Positions 1-13,164 of a stretch of 64,000 bases of DNA are shown here, piece by piece. The notes under the pieces were generated by a model. That model was not told where the DNA came from. It did not search any database and was given only the letters and a program-made list of their open reading frames with translations. Positions within the stretch are counted from its first letter, which is position 1, and each line of letters starts with the position of its first letter. The DNA lies in the NCBI GenBank assembly GCA_028023455.1, contig JAQFVV010000003.1:25234001-25298000 (forward strand), read 5' to 3'. Position numbers and translations under genes: made by a program. The stretch is from Epiperipatus broadwayi (taxonomy: Eukaryota; Animalia; Onychophora).

Positions 1-3000
1 ACTAAAGAAGTTTTGTTTTTGAGTCACATGATTTTTTCAAATAATATCTGATATTTTGTAATATAATCTTTTTGATGAAATTGGGCCCTATATTAAATGA
101 TGCTCAAAAAATTTCATGTCCATTCTTATGCTTGGAATAAGAAAGTCATTCAAGTCTAAATATTATAGCATTCTGATTGTAAAGTGTCATTAGCTGGATT
201 GCTTCATTTGCAATTTAAAAGATAATAGATTTTGTATTATTCACTTGCAAAATTAACATGAAGATATGAATTGATATTATCTATATATTATTTTTATGAG
301 GGTTTTTGAGTTAATGGTCTGTTAATCATTTAGTACAGGAATTGCTTATAATGTTTTTAAAGAATAATCAATTTCAAATAAAGAAAGATTTTATTATTAA
401 TAATAACAATGTCATTAATTATTATGTTATTAAAATAACATTCTATAATAAATTGAAAAAAACAGAGCAGCCACATGACTGAGTGTAAGTTGAATGCATA
501 ATGAATATAAAAGATGAGAAAAAGGATGACTACAGATAAATGATGAGCCAGTTCATACAGGTGGGCATATGAAAAATTTATGAATTTGTATTTTTCTTTT
601 ATTTAATATTATTTTCAAATTATGGATGATTATCCCCATGGATTAATGGAGGACAACTGCATTAACCAGGCCTAAAAAATACAAAGAAAATAACACTAAT
701 TATATATTAAACCAAAGAATGATCCTACACTGTATATATGCTAAATGATGAATAATTAATCAAAAGGGAGGGCTTTCCATTTGGGTTCTGTTGAGCCCTA
801 AACTTCTGTTATATAAAGTTTGTATAAAAAACTTTCACTCTCCACTTCAACAAAAACAAAATGTAAAAGTTGATATCACTCCTGGCATTAGAATTTAGTT
901 GATCCCAAATTCTGAAATAATATTGAAAGAAAAGAAGTTAAATCATACATTATTTGCCTATCTATCATTTCTGGTACTTGAAACATCTCATGGACTTGAA
1001 ATAATAAATTGTCTAATTTTTTTTTCATTACCAATTTAAATTAATAATATTTGATTTTTGTTGTGATTTTTTTTTTGCATATTCAATAAATTATTTATGT
1101 TATTAATAATCAGAAAAATTGTCAGAGTTCCAAAATTTTTATCAACGTGAAAATAGTTAGGTTTAAAATAAGATATAAATCACTGGTTTAAGGCAGTTAA
1201 AGTATTCACACAATGGTATAAAACAACAATATCTTTTATTTTAATAAAAATATAGCTGTTTCCTGTTACCCAGCTTCATCATAAGGTAACTTTGCATAAG
1301 TTATTGGAATAAATGTTAAAAAATGCTTAATGAACACTAATAAACATTAAAATAATTATCTATATTTTATATACATTTCAGTGTGAAGGGTGAAAAATAA
1401 AATTAAACAAAGAAAATTGGTATAAACAACAGCAATAAAAAAAATAACATGAAGTAAGTGAATATCAAAAATATTTATCGATGAATAAAAATAACATGAA
1501 AAATTTCTACAGCTCATGCCATGTAGATAAATTAAAGAATTTAGTCAATTCTCATTTCACTCAATCTACATCAAAAAGAAACACATGATATCTATTATAA
1601 TAAACATAAGATTAATCATTAATGAAAAGCAATTTTTGGGGTCATATAACTTGATTTTAGGCAGAACATTTAATATGGAATACAATTTATGAGAGTGAAG
1701 CATAAACAATAAAACTAATATGAATTCATTAGCAGTTTGAGTATCAGAAATGACATAACTGGACCACAAATTCCATGCAGAACATACACATTACTGAAAC
1801 CCTGTCAATAAAATGTGCTAAACAAGATAATAGTAATAGTAGCAGTAGTTTTCTTTTTACTTAAAGAAAAAATAATTATTTTAAATTGTAAATATTGCAG
1901 ACAATAAATAACAATTTTATTGAAGCTGCTCCTATTTTGGAATCAGTTTAACATTCTAGTGATTACTAATATACATATATAAATATTTTGTTTGCTGATC
2001 ACAAGTATTCTATGAAGCCCATGTTATTGCTGTCAATAATTAATAGATTTATTTGCAGTAGTCTACCACATCTGTGAACTCATATTAAATAAATTAGAAA
2101 TTAGAAGCTTTATGCACACACCTGTATGTATAAGCATATTTATTAATCATTTTTCAGCCAGTAATTTCCCTTGTGCATCCAGCATAATATACTCAATCAG
2201 TTATGTGATGAGATGTTTTGTATGGGGCACAATGTATACAAAACACTTGGGTATGCAATTTAGGAGGCAACAGATTTGTAGGAACATAAACCTAAAAAAC
2301 ATTTTTTACTATTTAATTTTATCATCTTGTTTAAATGAGTCTACTGTTTGGTAAACTGTCAACAATAGTAATATATTATTGATAAAATAATTTATTATTT
2401 AATTATCAATAAACATTGTCATTAATGCTTTGTTTATAAATAAGAAGGAAGTTTGTTTAATTTTCTTAAAAAAAAAAACAATGTTAGAACTTGTGAAATT
2501 ATTTGACTTTATCACACTGAAATATATTGTTTCCAACTTTAACAACAGCATTACATATTTTTCTATTCTTGTCATTCACAGTTGCTTCATATAAAAGACT
2601 TTTCTCAAAATTACTATAAAAAACTAATTACGTTCAAGCATGACAGAGAGATGCTTACAAAATTGGCTATTATAAGTATTGAAACAAAATATATAAAAGT
2701 TTAGATTTGAATAATATTATAAAATAATTTTCATGTATGAAAGCAAGAAAAATAAATGTATAAGTATTGGAGATTTACCGCAGTGCTATAAACTCATAAA
2801 ACAGTCTAGATCATGTGATTGTTCTCTCTTGATTTATTATTACTGCACTACATTTTTATCACTACATTATTCTTTTTTGTTGTTGTTAATTATTTTTGTT
2901 GATGTTGGTATACTTTTCAAAATTAAATTGCAACGTGATTGTATATATACTGTATTTTTATTTTAAAAATTTTAAATTTCAACTACAATCATTTTTTTTT

Positions 3001-4143
3001 AAAAATCTTTTATTGCTTATTGAAACAATATTATAAAAATCACAATATCAAAACTCTTTTTCCCAGTGTTTCAAACATTTGTCACAGTCTTTTTCAAGAG
3101 CTTAAACAAATTCAAAACATTAGCATAAATCTACCATAATATGTTTATAAATAATGGAGTGGGGCAAGTGAGATAGATATAAATATTTTTTTTTAAAAGT
3201 TGTTTTTTTTTTTAATATTGTTTATAATTTTCTTTGTTTATGCTGATTCATGTTAATTTTTTTTAAATCATATTATAACACATTTTAATTAATATCTTTT
3301 TTTGTTTAAACCCTTGAAAAAGGCCATAATAAACGATTAAATTAGTGGGAAGAAAAAATTTTTGCTTATTTTTATAATATTTTTTAGTAAATAATACATG
3401 AAATTTTTAAAAGAAAATGATGATTAGAAGCTTATTTTTTAATAATTAGAACTGAATCGCATTTAATTAGAAAATATGTAGTAACAGGATTTTTTCAATC
3501 TAAATACAATTTGTAATCAAATAAAAAATGAAAAGTATAAGAAATTTTTATCATTTATTTAATATTATCAAACTTTTTATTATCTCATTAAAAGAGAACC
3601 ATTATAGTTGAATGTACACATAAAATTATTTTTTAAAATTAAAACGTATTTAGTTATATAAATTAACATGGGATGTTAGGGTAAATTGTGTCAAAGAGAG
3701 AAAGAGAGAATAGTAGGAAGAACAGGAAAAAATGCCAATAATAATTCAACATTACCACATGATCATTATACTCTATTTTCAAATAATCTGACAAATCATT
3801 AACATGCTTTTGTATATATAATATACGATGTCAGTACCAATTTATTTTCCCTTTAGAGTCGCTTGCGTTAACATGTGAAATAAATTGATACCTAATGGTA
3901 GTACCAAACAAACAACTAAACAATTTCTAGTTTATTGACTCTTTTCAGTGGAAAACACTGATTTACTTATATCCATTTAATATTCATATTTCGGTCATTT
4001 TATATAATGCATACTAATGGCTTGAATTTCTGAAGCACTTTTAAGATTTAAAGTCAAGCTAAGGTCTGGCATTCACTCAATATCAATTATGCTCATTTTA
4101 GAAATCTCTGATTTTTTTTTTCAGAAAATATATATCTAACCAA

Positions 4144-4249
4144 GCGTTGGTGGTCGAGAGGTCAGCACATCTGTCTTACAAGCAGTTGTCCCAGGTTAGC
4201 GGGTTCGTTTCCCGGCTGATGCTATGACACATGGAAAAAAATAAAATAT
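4144..4249 (+). mobile_element. tRNA-derived SINE, family A, copy 1
   Basis: GCGTTGGTGGTCGAGAGG (A-box-like), GGGTTCGTTTCCC (B-box-like), acceptor-like ends GCGTTGG/CTGATGC, then ATGACACATGG and an A-rich tail. A second copy lies inverted at 55157-55265. Confidence 0.8.
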
Positions 4250-4855
4250 ATAACTAAACAAATTACCATTTTTAATTTGAACTAAGTGCCAAAAGATATT
4301 TTGTTTGTCGTAATTCAATGTGAATATGTAAAAAAAAAAATTATGTATAAACTATACTACTAATAAAGTCAGAGCAAGTAAGATATTCAGGCTACAATCT
4401 TATATATATAACATTATATGAAAACTATGATGTCACAAAAACATGAGTGAGAAAGAGTTTCATTATAAAAATAATGGGACAAATGTTTCATAGCAATCAG
4501 TAAAGTTTAAAACAGCAGAGAAATGTTAATATAATATAAAGTCATTAATATTTTTTTAGACTTCTACCCACATTCCTTAACTGACAGTGACAAAATACCC
4601 CTTTTAGGTAACCTCATGCTCCGTCTGTATTTTTAAAAGGCAAAGAAGATGAGATCATATTTTAAAAAGATTTGTTGTTCGATTATCAAATCAAAAATTG
4701 AAGGATCTAATTTATGAAAATTTTTAATTAAAAAATCGAAAGTAAAACTTGTAATTGATGCATCAATAGATATTTCTTTTGTATGGGGTGTGTACATACG
4801 TATGTGTTTATATATATTAAAATAGTAGACTCGGTAATTACTAAGAGGTCTGTGA

Positions 4856-5580
4856 CTTTTTTTTAATACAACATTTTATTATTTAGATTATGTTACGTTT
4901 CAATAAAGAAATATAAGTAGTCATTGTTTCTTTCTCCATGGCTCAAATCTATGATACTATTATTCTGCTAACTTAACTAGAACTCCTTCTTATATGGCTG
5001 TATATCAAGCTTTAGACACTTTGCAGTTTATTATCTTTGCTCCTAAATATTTAGATAGTAATTGCACTAGTTTGATCATGATTAAGCTCTATTGTGCATC
5101 TGGAATTTTCAGTAGGCTCTAGGTGGCTGAATAAATGTGTGCATGTGATCTTGTATGGTCCAGTATAAATAAAATATTGCAGGCTTCTATTTGTACCAGG
5201 TGGTTTCTGGTCAATCGGAGATTAAACAGGAGGAAAACAGTAACTCTTATCGATGGAAAAAGGCATTTGTTGATGCTATGTATCAGATCAAACAATGTGG
5301 TTCTGTTGGATCTAGTAATTTCTTGAATTTGTTGCTGCAGAGCTTTACATTGAAAAATGAGATGATTTGTAGTTTCATCTGCTTGGTGACACAGAGGGGA
5401 TGTTGGATCAATCTTAGTTATTCCTCTCCTGAAGGATAGGAAAAAATTGGTAGGCAAGGCTTCTAGATTAATTTTAGTCAGAAAGTCCAGGTATTTAAGT
5501 TCCAAGAACCAAAGCCTAAACCCTCGAATAATACGTCTATTAGCACTAAAAGTAACTAGTTACAATTTGAAGCAGCAATC
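4856..5580 (-). mobile_element. 3' fragment of an L1/Tx1-clade LINE (ORF2 C-terminus with CCHC zinc finger)
   Basis: ORF 5119-5505 has LKYLDFLTKINLEALPTN...SPLCHQADETTNHLIFQC, homologous to the C-termini of the LINEs at 17385-20840 and 41657-46234. A-rich 3' end near 4856. Boundaries approximate. Confidence 0.8.
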
Positions 5581-7300
5581 TTTATTCTAGAACGATCACT
5601 CTATAATTGCACAGAATTAAATATGAAGTGTTTACATAATTGTTTGTAAATGCATAATGCCCTATACATCTTTTTTTCTATATGATTATATTATTTCTCT
5701 AACACATGTAATTCTAATTTTACTTAACCTTTTTTTTTATTGGATAATTTGACTCCTTTAAAAAATATTTTACTCAGAAATCTCTTCTCTCTGTTGAAGT
5801 ATAATATTAATAAATATTTTCGTTCTTCTATTTAGGAGGTCACTTTATTTTTTAGCATTTATTATTTTTTGAATAATAGACTTGGCATTGGACGATTTTC
5901 ATAGTATAGGAGTCAATGCATATCTTTTATAATTTGTATCAAAATGGAATTTTGCAAATTTTTCCAGATAACTAAGAATTTCTAAGCAGTGCATTTTTCT
6001 CTGCTAGTTATACTAACCAAGTTAGACACAGGAGTGTTACAGGTGCATACATTATTCTAATGAATGTTAATGCACTGATCATAATATTAATATTATTATT
6101 TGACACAGTCAAAACTCTTCATACAGTAGTACCACTCAGTGCAAGCCAGAGTAATCAATAGTAATGTGATGTTTAGTAGTTTATTTGACAGTCTTTTTAT
6201 TTTTATGAGATGGCTTTTATTACATATATAAAATAATAAACATGTCAGATCAATGGTTTTACATCAACTCCTCATAAAGATATAGTGATAGAGAAAACAT
6301 TATTCACTAGGTTTTCATATTGCAGATGCATGGGATTTGAGAAATTTTTGCCATTGCTTATCTTCTTGCTAAAAATAGATATCCATTTATCTATTAACAT
6401 TGGATGGTCATTTGGATAGACTGTGGGCTATTTATTTGAAAAAATCTTAAGTCTTATTAGATGTGTAATTTTTTTTACTTTTCCTGTATTCAAATCCAGT
6501 ACAGACAGAAGGTAGATTTATTATTATTGCTCCTTACCAGACTACATTTATATTTTCAAAGATCCAAAGGATTGCATTTGCAAGGTTTTCAAGTATGTTA
6601 TTATTACGTTAATCAAAAATCTTTTATTAAAAATTTCAACAACATAAAATTGTGTAAATCAATATTGAGAGAAATAAATATGAAAGTTTTCCTCAAAGTT
6701 CATAAATACTTCTCAATATTTTACAGAATAAAAAAGAAACCAATGATTTTTGAGAACTCAGATTTTGCTTTATATACCAATATTTTAAATATGACTATAA
6801 CATTAAACTCTCTCTATAAATATATTAACTATAAAATGGACTTTATTGATGTAAGCACTGAAAGTATAATGAAAATTTCTATATATTTACATAAATAATT
6901 CTCATCATTAAGCAAATAATTAATAAAAATTGTAAACTAAAATCACATCATTTAGTAACATTAAAAGTCTGTACAAGAGAGACTTATTTACATGTAAAAA
7001 GTATTGAGATAAGATATGACCTTCCAGTTTTTATGCATATAAAGTATGTATGGTTGATTTACAACTCTTATAATATTAAGATTTCTAAACTAAAAGCAAT
7101 TCCATTTTTAGTTTAGAGATTAGACAAAAATATTACAACTTTATGTGATATATGCTTATAACTTTTCATTTCATCACATATATTTTAATCTTATGTATAA
7201 AGACATCTAAAAAAGATAATTCTCAAGCTATATTTCATGCCAAACAAGAACTCTTTAGCTGACCAGATTACACCCCTCATATGTTTGATTATACCTCTTT

Positions 7301-7420
7301 CCTATGTGATTTGGAGCAGCAGTAGAATGGTAGATCCTAGAGCCCAAAGTCTATGGTTCTAGTGCAATCTTATCACTTCTCGTGTTTGGTAAATTTTCAT
7401 ATGAACTTCTGAGCATTAAA
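7301..7420 (+). mobile_element. tRNA-derived SINE, family B (degenerate copy)
   Basis: Ends in ATGAACTTCTGAGCATTAAA, the tail shared with copies at 29395-29490, 46597-46720 and 56871-57111. Confidence 0.6.
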
Positions 7421-7620
7421 TAATTTAATCTTTATTTATTATTTTTGCTCAGCAATTATTGATATTAAATTATTTTAAAAGTGTTAAATTTCTTGGACTC
7501 ACAATGATGATTTAATTATTTTCAGATAAATAAGCTAAAAATTACCATAACATTTTTAGCCAAATATATTAAATTTTAATTAAAGATTAATGTAATTATT
7601 ACCAAAAACAACAACATGAA

Positions 7621-8008
7621 ATAATTAATTCAAATTTAATACTCTTTTTTTTCACATGAAATAAATTAAATATACCTATAATTTTTCATTTCATCATAGA
7701 TATTTTAATCACACAAATAAGATCATCAGTTAAACAACCACACAGATTCATTTCATTCTCAATCAGAATTCTTCAGTTGATACAGGCACAATCTCTCACA
7801 TCTTCATTCCCTTTACTTAGTATTTATTTAAACCCAATTATCATATGGAAGATTTTGTCACTTGAAATACCTGAAGAAAACTTGGGGGCATTTACCTTTT
7901 TCAGGTATCTTTATTCATGTGACTAAAACAGATGGTGAAATGAAAACTTATAAGAATATTTAAAATATTATAAATGGAAAAAAGAGGAATAAAAATTGAA
8001 TTAATTAT
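7621..8008. repeat. Long degenerate inverted repeat (arms about 7621-7728 and 7901-8008), with a third arm copy near 7150-7210
   Basis: ATAATTAATTCAA...TTTTCATTTCATCATAGATATTTTAATCACACAAATAAGAT matches the reverse complement of 7901-8008. Hammerhead-like CTGATGA/CTGAAGA motifs occur at the inner ends. Confidence 0.65.
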
Positions 8009-8596
8009 ATCCACGTGATTGTGTTTAAAAATATTAGATATATTAATTTTTATATAAAGTTTAAAGTGTACATCATTCTAAGCTGTAAATAATATAATAA
8101 TTTCTAGCCTAATAAATAATTGTAATAATCATTAAGATATTTATCTGGGGAGAATGGTATCATAGTTGTGAGTGCAGAAAATTTGGAACATTTAAGCTAA
8201 ATTTATATATATATAACCATTAGAAACCACCCATCACTTAGACTAGGGATCCCCAATCCTATGCCCGTGGGCACCATGGCACCCGCAGATCATTTTACAT
8301 GCGCCCGCCGCTATCCGAACACGATAAAAAATTATTTATCTGATACAAATAAATTTAATTTTTAAAATTTCTTATAAATTATTGTATTATATTGTAATCA
8401 AATGTTAAAATTTTATTTTTGAAATAAATATTTTTTTGTATATTATGTGTATTATTAACAATATCCAACTATAAATTTACATGTGTGTGATGTGATGTGA
8501 TGCACTGTGACCTCCTTAAATGGAGTCAGGAATCTCTCAGCAGCTATGCTCAGAGAAACCTGTTAGCCACTTTACCTTCCTTTTCCATTGTCCACC

Positions 8597-11500
8597 CTAA
8601 GTTTTCCCATAATCTGCTCCATCCCATTTCCACAACATAATCTTTGTCAACTCCATGACCTTCATATCTAAATCCCCCTTATCTTTTCCCAAACCTAGCA
8701 TAAAAACCAATAACTCACTTTCTGTATAATCACTTTGTTCATATTTAATCTTCCATAACTTCATTATTTGTACCCTTTCTGCTTCCAAGCATTTACATTG
8801 AAGTAACAGATGCCTAATATTTTCTATGCCTTCCTTACACAACTTGCAGACTAAATCACCCATATTTTTCCATTTACGTGTATATTCCCTTGTTGCTAAA
8901 GATCCCGTTCGAGCCTTAAACAATAAACTACTTTCCTTACTATTATCATAAATTAACTCACACCCAATGTTCTGTTTACTTCTATATATATTTAAACTCA
9001 TTTTACTCTCCATACTAGTTCTCCATCTCTCCAACTCCCTATTCTTTATTAATGCATCTATTCTTCTATCCCACTCCTTACCACTATAACACTCAACAAT
9101 CCTCCTAACACAATCATCCCACCTTTTGTACAAGTATACTGACATAAATTCTTTATCCAAATCTTCTGCATACCGCATTACCTTTCTCACCCATCTTGTT
9201 GCCTGCCCTTTACTTGTAACCCAATTAAATACTATTTTGGCTATTCTTTTATTATCCATAAACTGCAATCTACCAAACATTTTCAATTTGCTTTTTGCAT
9301 CCCTCATATAAAAACTTGACCATCCCATTTCTCCTTGAATTGCCTCCTTTGCTGTCCACACCTCAGCATCTAATGCATGTCTTCCTACTTCCCTTTGTAC
9401 TTTTTCTAAGCAATCTAATACCCCTTTACTAACACATAACGCATCATTGCCATATGTTAACCCTGCTACTGCCACTCCCTTCCATACAATTCTAGCTACA
9501 TCATATTTATTATATGAAAACAAAGTATATTAATTTCTTTATCAATCCCTTTCTTTTCTTTGCTTCATTTATCAATTTTTTCTCCCATTCATCCAAGCAA
9601 TTTTTCTTATTACTCAAGATGATTCCCAAATAACTATATCTATTCACCACACTTAACTTTATATCCCCCAATAAGAAATCTTTGTCTTCTCTTTCCCCAG
9701 TATTCACCATCATTATATTTGATTTTTCTTCACTAAATTTAATCCCCATATCTTTACCCACCCTTGCGCATGTCCTCAGCATAACTTCCATATCTTCTCT
9801 TCTTTCTGCACACAAAAAGACATCATCCACAAAAAAAAAGACCCGACAATGTATATACTCTCTTGCCACCTATTAATGGTATCTCTATCCCTCTTCCAAG
9901 ACTTTCTATTGCTCTCTCCATTTCACTCAAATACAACACAAACAAAATAGGTGACATAGGGCATCCTTGCCTCAGTCCCACCACATTTTTAACTTTAACT
10001 GATTCTATATCCCCTAATTGATATGTATAGTAATTATTTTCATATAATTTCTTAATAACACCCACTAAAGCTTCATCCATTCCCAGATTTGCTAAACTTA
10101 TCCATAATCTACTTCTATTCACTCTATCATATGCCTTCTCTATATCTATAAAACTCATATATAACTGTCTACCTGAATTTCTACTCATATCTATAAGTTG
10201 TGTAACTACAAATAAACTATCTCCTATATGCCTATCTGACCTAAAGCCTCCTTGCATTTCCCCCACTACATTATTTTCTTCCATCCACTTTGCAACTCTT
10301 CCAGCCACCATATATGAAAAAACTTTATATAAAACTGATGTTACCGCTATTGGTCTATAATTATTTAACTTTCTATGATCCTTACCTTTTCCTTTAAATA
10401 ATAATCTTACTCTTGTATTACTCCAGCTACCCGGAAAAACTCTCTTCTGTGCCATCTTATTAAAACATGATAGTAACTTTACTTTTGCCCTATGCCCTAA
10501 ATTCATTACCATCTCTGCTGCCCATCCATCTAACCCTCTTGCCTTACCACTTTTCAATTTCTTCCCTGCCTCATTCAGTTCCTTTTCTGTAAAGCTAATA
10601 TTCCCATTACTATATGCTTTCATATTTTCTATCCCTCTGTCCTTCACATCTAACATCTTTTCTATATCCATTACATAACTATTCAATATTCTCTCTAATT
10701 CTTCTCTAGAGCTACACTCTATTCCCTCCTCATCCAGTAGTACTATCTCTCTCTCCCCTAAATTTCTCCTTTTAATGTAATTCCAAAATTTTTTACTCCC
10801 ATCTCTTCCACTTTTATTAATATCATCCAATAATTTACTATTTAGTTTCATTCTCTCTCTATAATTATCTATTTTAGCTAACTTCTTCTTTTCTAAGTAC
10901 TTTTCCCATTTAGCATTAATATCTTTTTCACTTTCTTTGTTCTTAATAGCACACTTATATTCTCTGCATGCTTTTTTCCTCTCTTTTACACTTTTACTAA
11001 CTCTCATTTTTCTATTACTTTTATTCTTCTGAATATTCTCACCTAAAACCCTATTTGCCACTTTTTCTATTTCATCACACCAGTCCTCATACTCATTTCC
11101 AACCAACTCTTCCATGGTTTCTTCAACTTGTATTCTATACTCTTCTAACTTATTCTTATCATTCACTCTCCATCCACATCTTTCACTATTGTTTCTACTT
11201 TTATTTCTATTTTCCATCACATTACTAACCATTTCAATTACAAAGAAATTATGATCACTATTACATACTCTCTCTTCATTATCAAACACCTTAATTTTCT
11301 GTACTTTATCCATTCCCTCTTTCTCTACCAATACATAATCTATTGTGTGGGATATATTATTCCTAGACCATGTGTATTGTCCCTCATAAATATTTGATAA
11401 GTTTCCAATGCTCAAATTTACTCTCTGACAAAATTCCTTCAAAAGCTGTCCATTCTTATTGTCTACATCATCAATTTCTTCAATATGCCCATTCATATCT

Positions 11501-12090
11501 CCTATAACCATTATTCTCTTCCCCTTTTCTTTAAAACTCTGTATATCCTTAACTAGGCATGCATATATGCTATTGTTCCATTCCATTATAGTTTGACTAT
11601 CTCCAGTAGCTATATAAACTATAGCCACCATCCATTCTTGTTTTCCCAACCTTATTTCAAACCACAAATGTTCTTGGCATTTAACAGTATTTAAATATTT
11701 TTTTGATATAACACCTATACCACCACCCTTTTTTTCTTTCTCTTTTCTATTTATACCCTGCCATACCAAATCTTCCAAAACAGGTTCTTCATCTTCTCTT
11801 AGATGTGTTTCCACTACTGCTAATACCTCAAGCCCTTCATTTTCAATTGCTTTGTTTAATTCCTGCCACTTTTCTGATCTCCTACCACCTTGCATATTCA
11901 AATACCCAATTTTAACAATTTTTTCTTTCCTAACTACTCTTTTATAAATTTTTTTGATTCTTTCTTCTCCATTATGTTTATAAATAACTTGCTTACTATT
12001 AATTTTACAGACCCATTCCCTCTCCACATCTACATTTATATCTAAATCAACTGCCCTTTGTTTATTCCTTACCTCCCATCCATTCTTCAT
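8597..12090 (-). pseudogene. LINE ORF2 polyprotein (AP endonuclease, reverse transcriptase, C-terminal CCHC), two frameshifts
   Basis: GYLNMQGG, VVETH, GDMNGH, TIDYVL and SDHN (APE); NYRPIAV, QGGFR, FIDIEKAYD, GLRQGCPMSP and FVDD (RT); CKLCKEGIENIRHLLLQC. One frameshift lies in an A9 run at 9831-9839, the other near 9515. Confidence 0.92.
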
Positions 12091-12128
12091 CTTTTTAATA
12101 ACACTACAATTTAAAATCCCACCCCCCT

Positions 12129-12644
12129 TTACAAGTTTCCCGAACTACATTCTTTATAAATCAGACTCCCTAAAACTTCACTTCCTTGTTTCCCTAAGTG
12201 CAACCCATCTTTACCAAATAACTCCCTCTTCCCAATAAAAAAATCCCACACATCCACAAACGTAACATCATTTCTCTCACACAATTCTTTCAATCTCTCA
12301 TTTATAGAACATGCCCTATCTAACATATACCTTTTATCAAATCTTGGTAATAATCCAACTATTCCTACTCTTCCTTTAACCATACTCAAATTCCTAATCA
12401 ATTCTGTGTACTCACCCATTACTCTCTCTGATGCCTCTGATAAATTATTAGTCCCTACCATAACATATACATCTCTATTCCCTTGCTTCTTTATTTTATC
12501 TGTAACATCCCTAATTTTAGCTCCCGGCAAACATACTCTTACATACCTGTTTCTATTTTCCCTTGCAATTATATCTCCACATTCTCTTATTAATGAATCC
12601 CCTATCAATACTGTCTCATAGTCTACTTTCTCTGTTTCATTCAC
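12129..12644 (-). pseudogene. LINE ORF1 SGNH/GDSL esterase domain
   Basis: VLIGDSLIRE, CLPGAKIRDV, VMVGTNNL and DGLHL blocks are characteristic of the esterase found in CR1/RTEX-type ORF1 proteins. Confidence 0.85.
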
Positions 12645-12684
12645 AACTTCTCTACCACCTTCTGGACTTCCTTATCTACTTCTT

Positions 12685-13164
12685 CTAACCCTTTATCTGC
12701 TCACACTTCTTCTCTAACAATTTTAATTTTGCTTCTACATCCTTTACATCTTCCTCTATCCTACTTATTCTTTGGTCAACCATCTCCAATGCACTGCCCA
12801 TTTTTCCATCCATATCTCTTGTCACTCCACTACAAACACACTCTATCCTACCTTCCTCAACTATGTTTTGTTCCATTTCTCCTGACTTCCTGCCTTCCTC
12901 AACTATGTTTTGCACCATTTCTCCTGACTTACTCTTTACGCTATATACACTTTGAAACCACTTTTTCACCTCGTTTATCACCTTCACACACTGTCTACAT
13001 AACCATAAACCTGCTACATCCTTCCTAGTCTTATTTAAGCATTTCAAGTGGAAAATCTGATCACATATATTACATTCTACCACAGCACATCTAATTCCTT
13101 TCTGACGACTATATATGCATTGTAAAATACAAATGCAATCCATATTACTTATTTTCCAAGCCAA
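12685..13164 (-). pseudogene. LINE ORF1 N-terminal PHD finger plus coiled coil
   Basis: C-x2-C...CNICDQIFHLKC...WLCRQC followed by a heptad-rich tail. Frameshifted relative to the esterase part. Confidence 0.8.
12851..12930 (-). repeat. 42-bp in-frame tandem duplication in ORF1
   Basis: CCTTCCTCAACTATGTTTTG..CCATTTCTCCTGACTT starts at 12851 and 12893 and encodes KSGEM(V/E)QNIVEEGR twice. Confidence 0.9.

Noticed and set aside
1566-3139. Short ORFs in the supplied track (1566-1769, 2112-2354, 2733-2966, 2939-3139)
   Set aside because: They have low-complexity I/L/F/K/N/Y composition, as expected from AT-rich noncoding DNA, with no domains or consistent splice structure. The same applies to most 60-100 aa ORFs elsewhere.
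4144-4225. Functional tRNA-Val(TAC) gene
   Set aside because: The D arm and variable region are non-canonical, the T loop is altered, there is a diverged second copy and an A-rich tail; a SINE explains it better.
6461-6898. 145-aa plus-strand ORF
   Set aside because: Composition is AT-driven, with no recognisable motif or credible splice sites.
9126-13028. Plus-strand ORFs 9126-9311, 9682-9876, 12406-12621 and 12729-13028
   Set aside because: These are antisense shadows of the minus-strand LINE ORFs. The same holds for plus-strand ORFs over the L1, RTE and SPIN-antisense regions.
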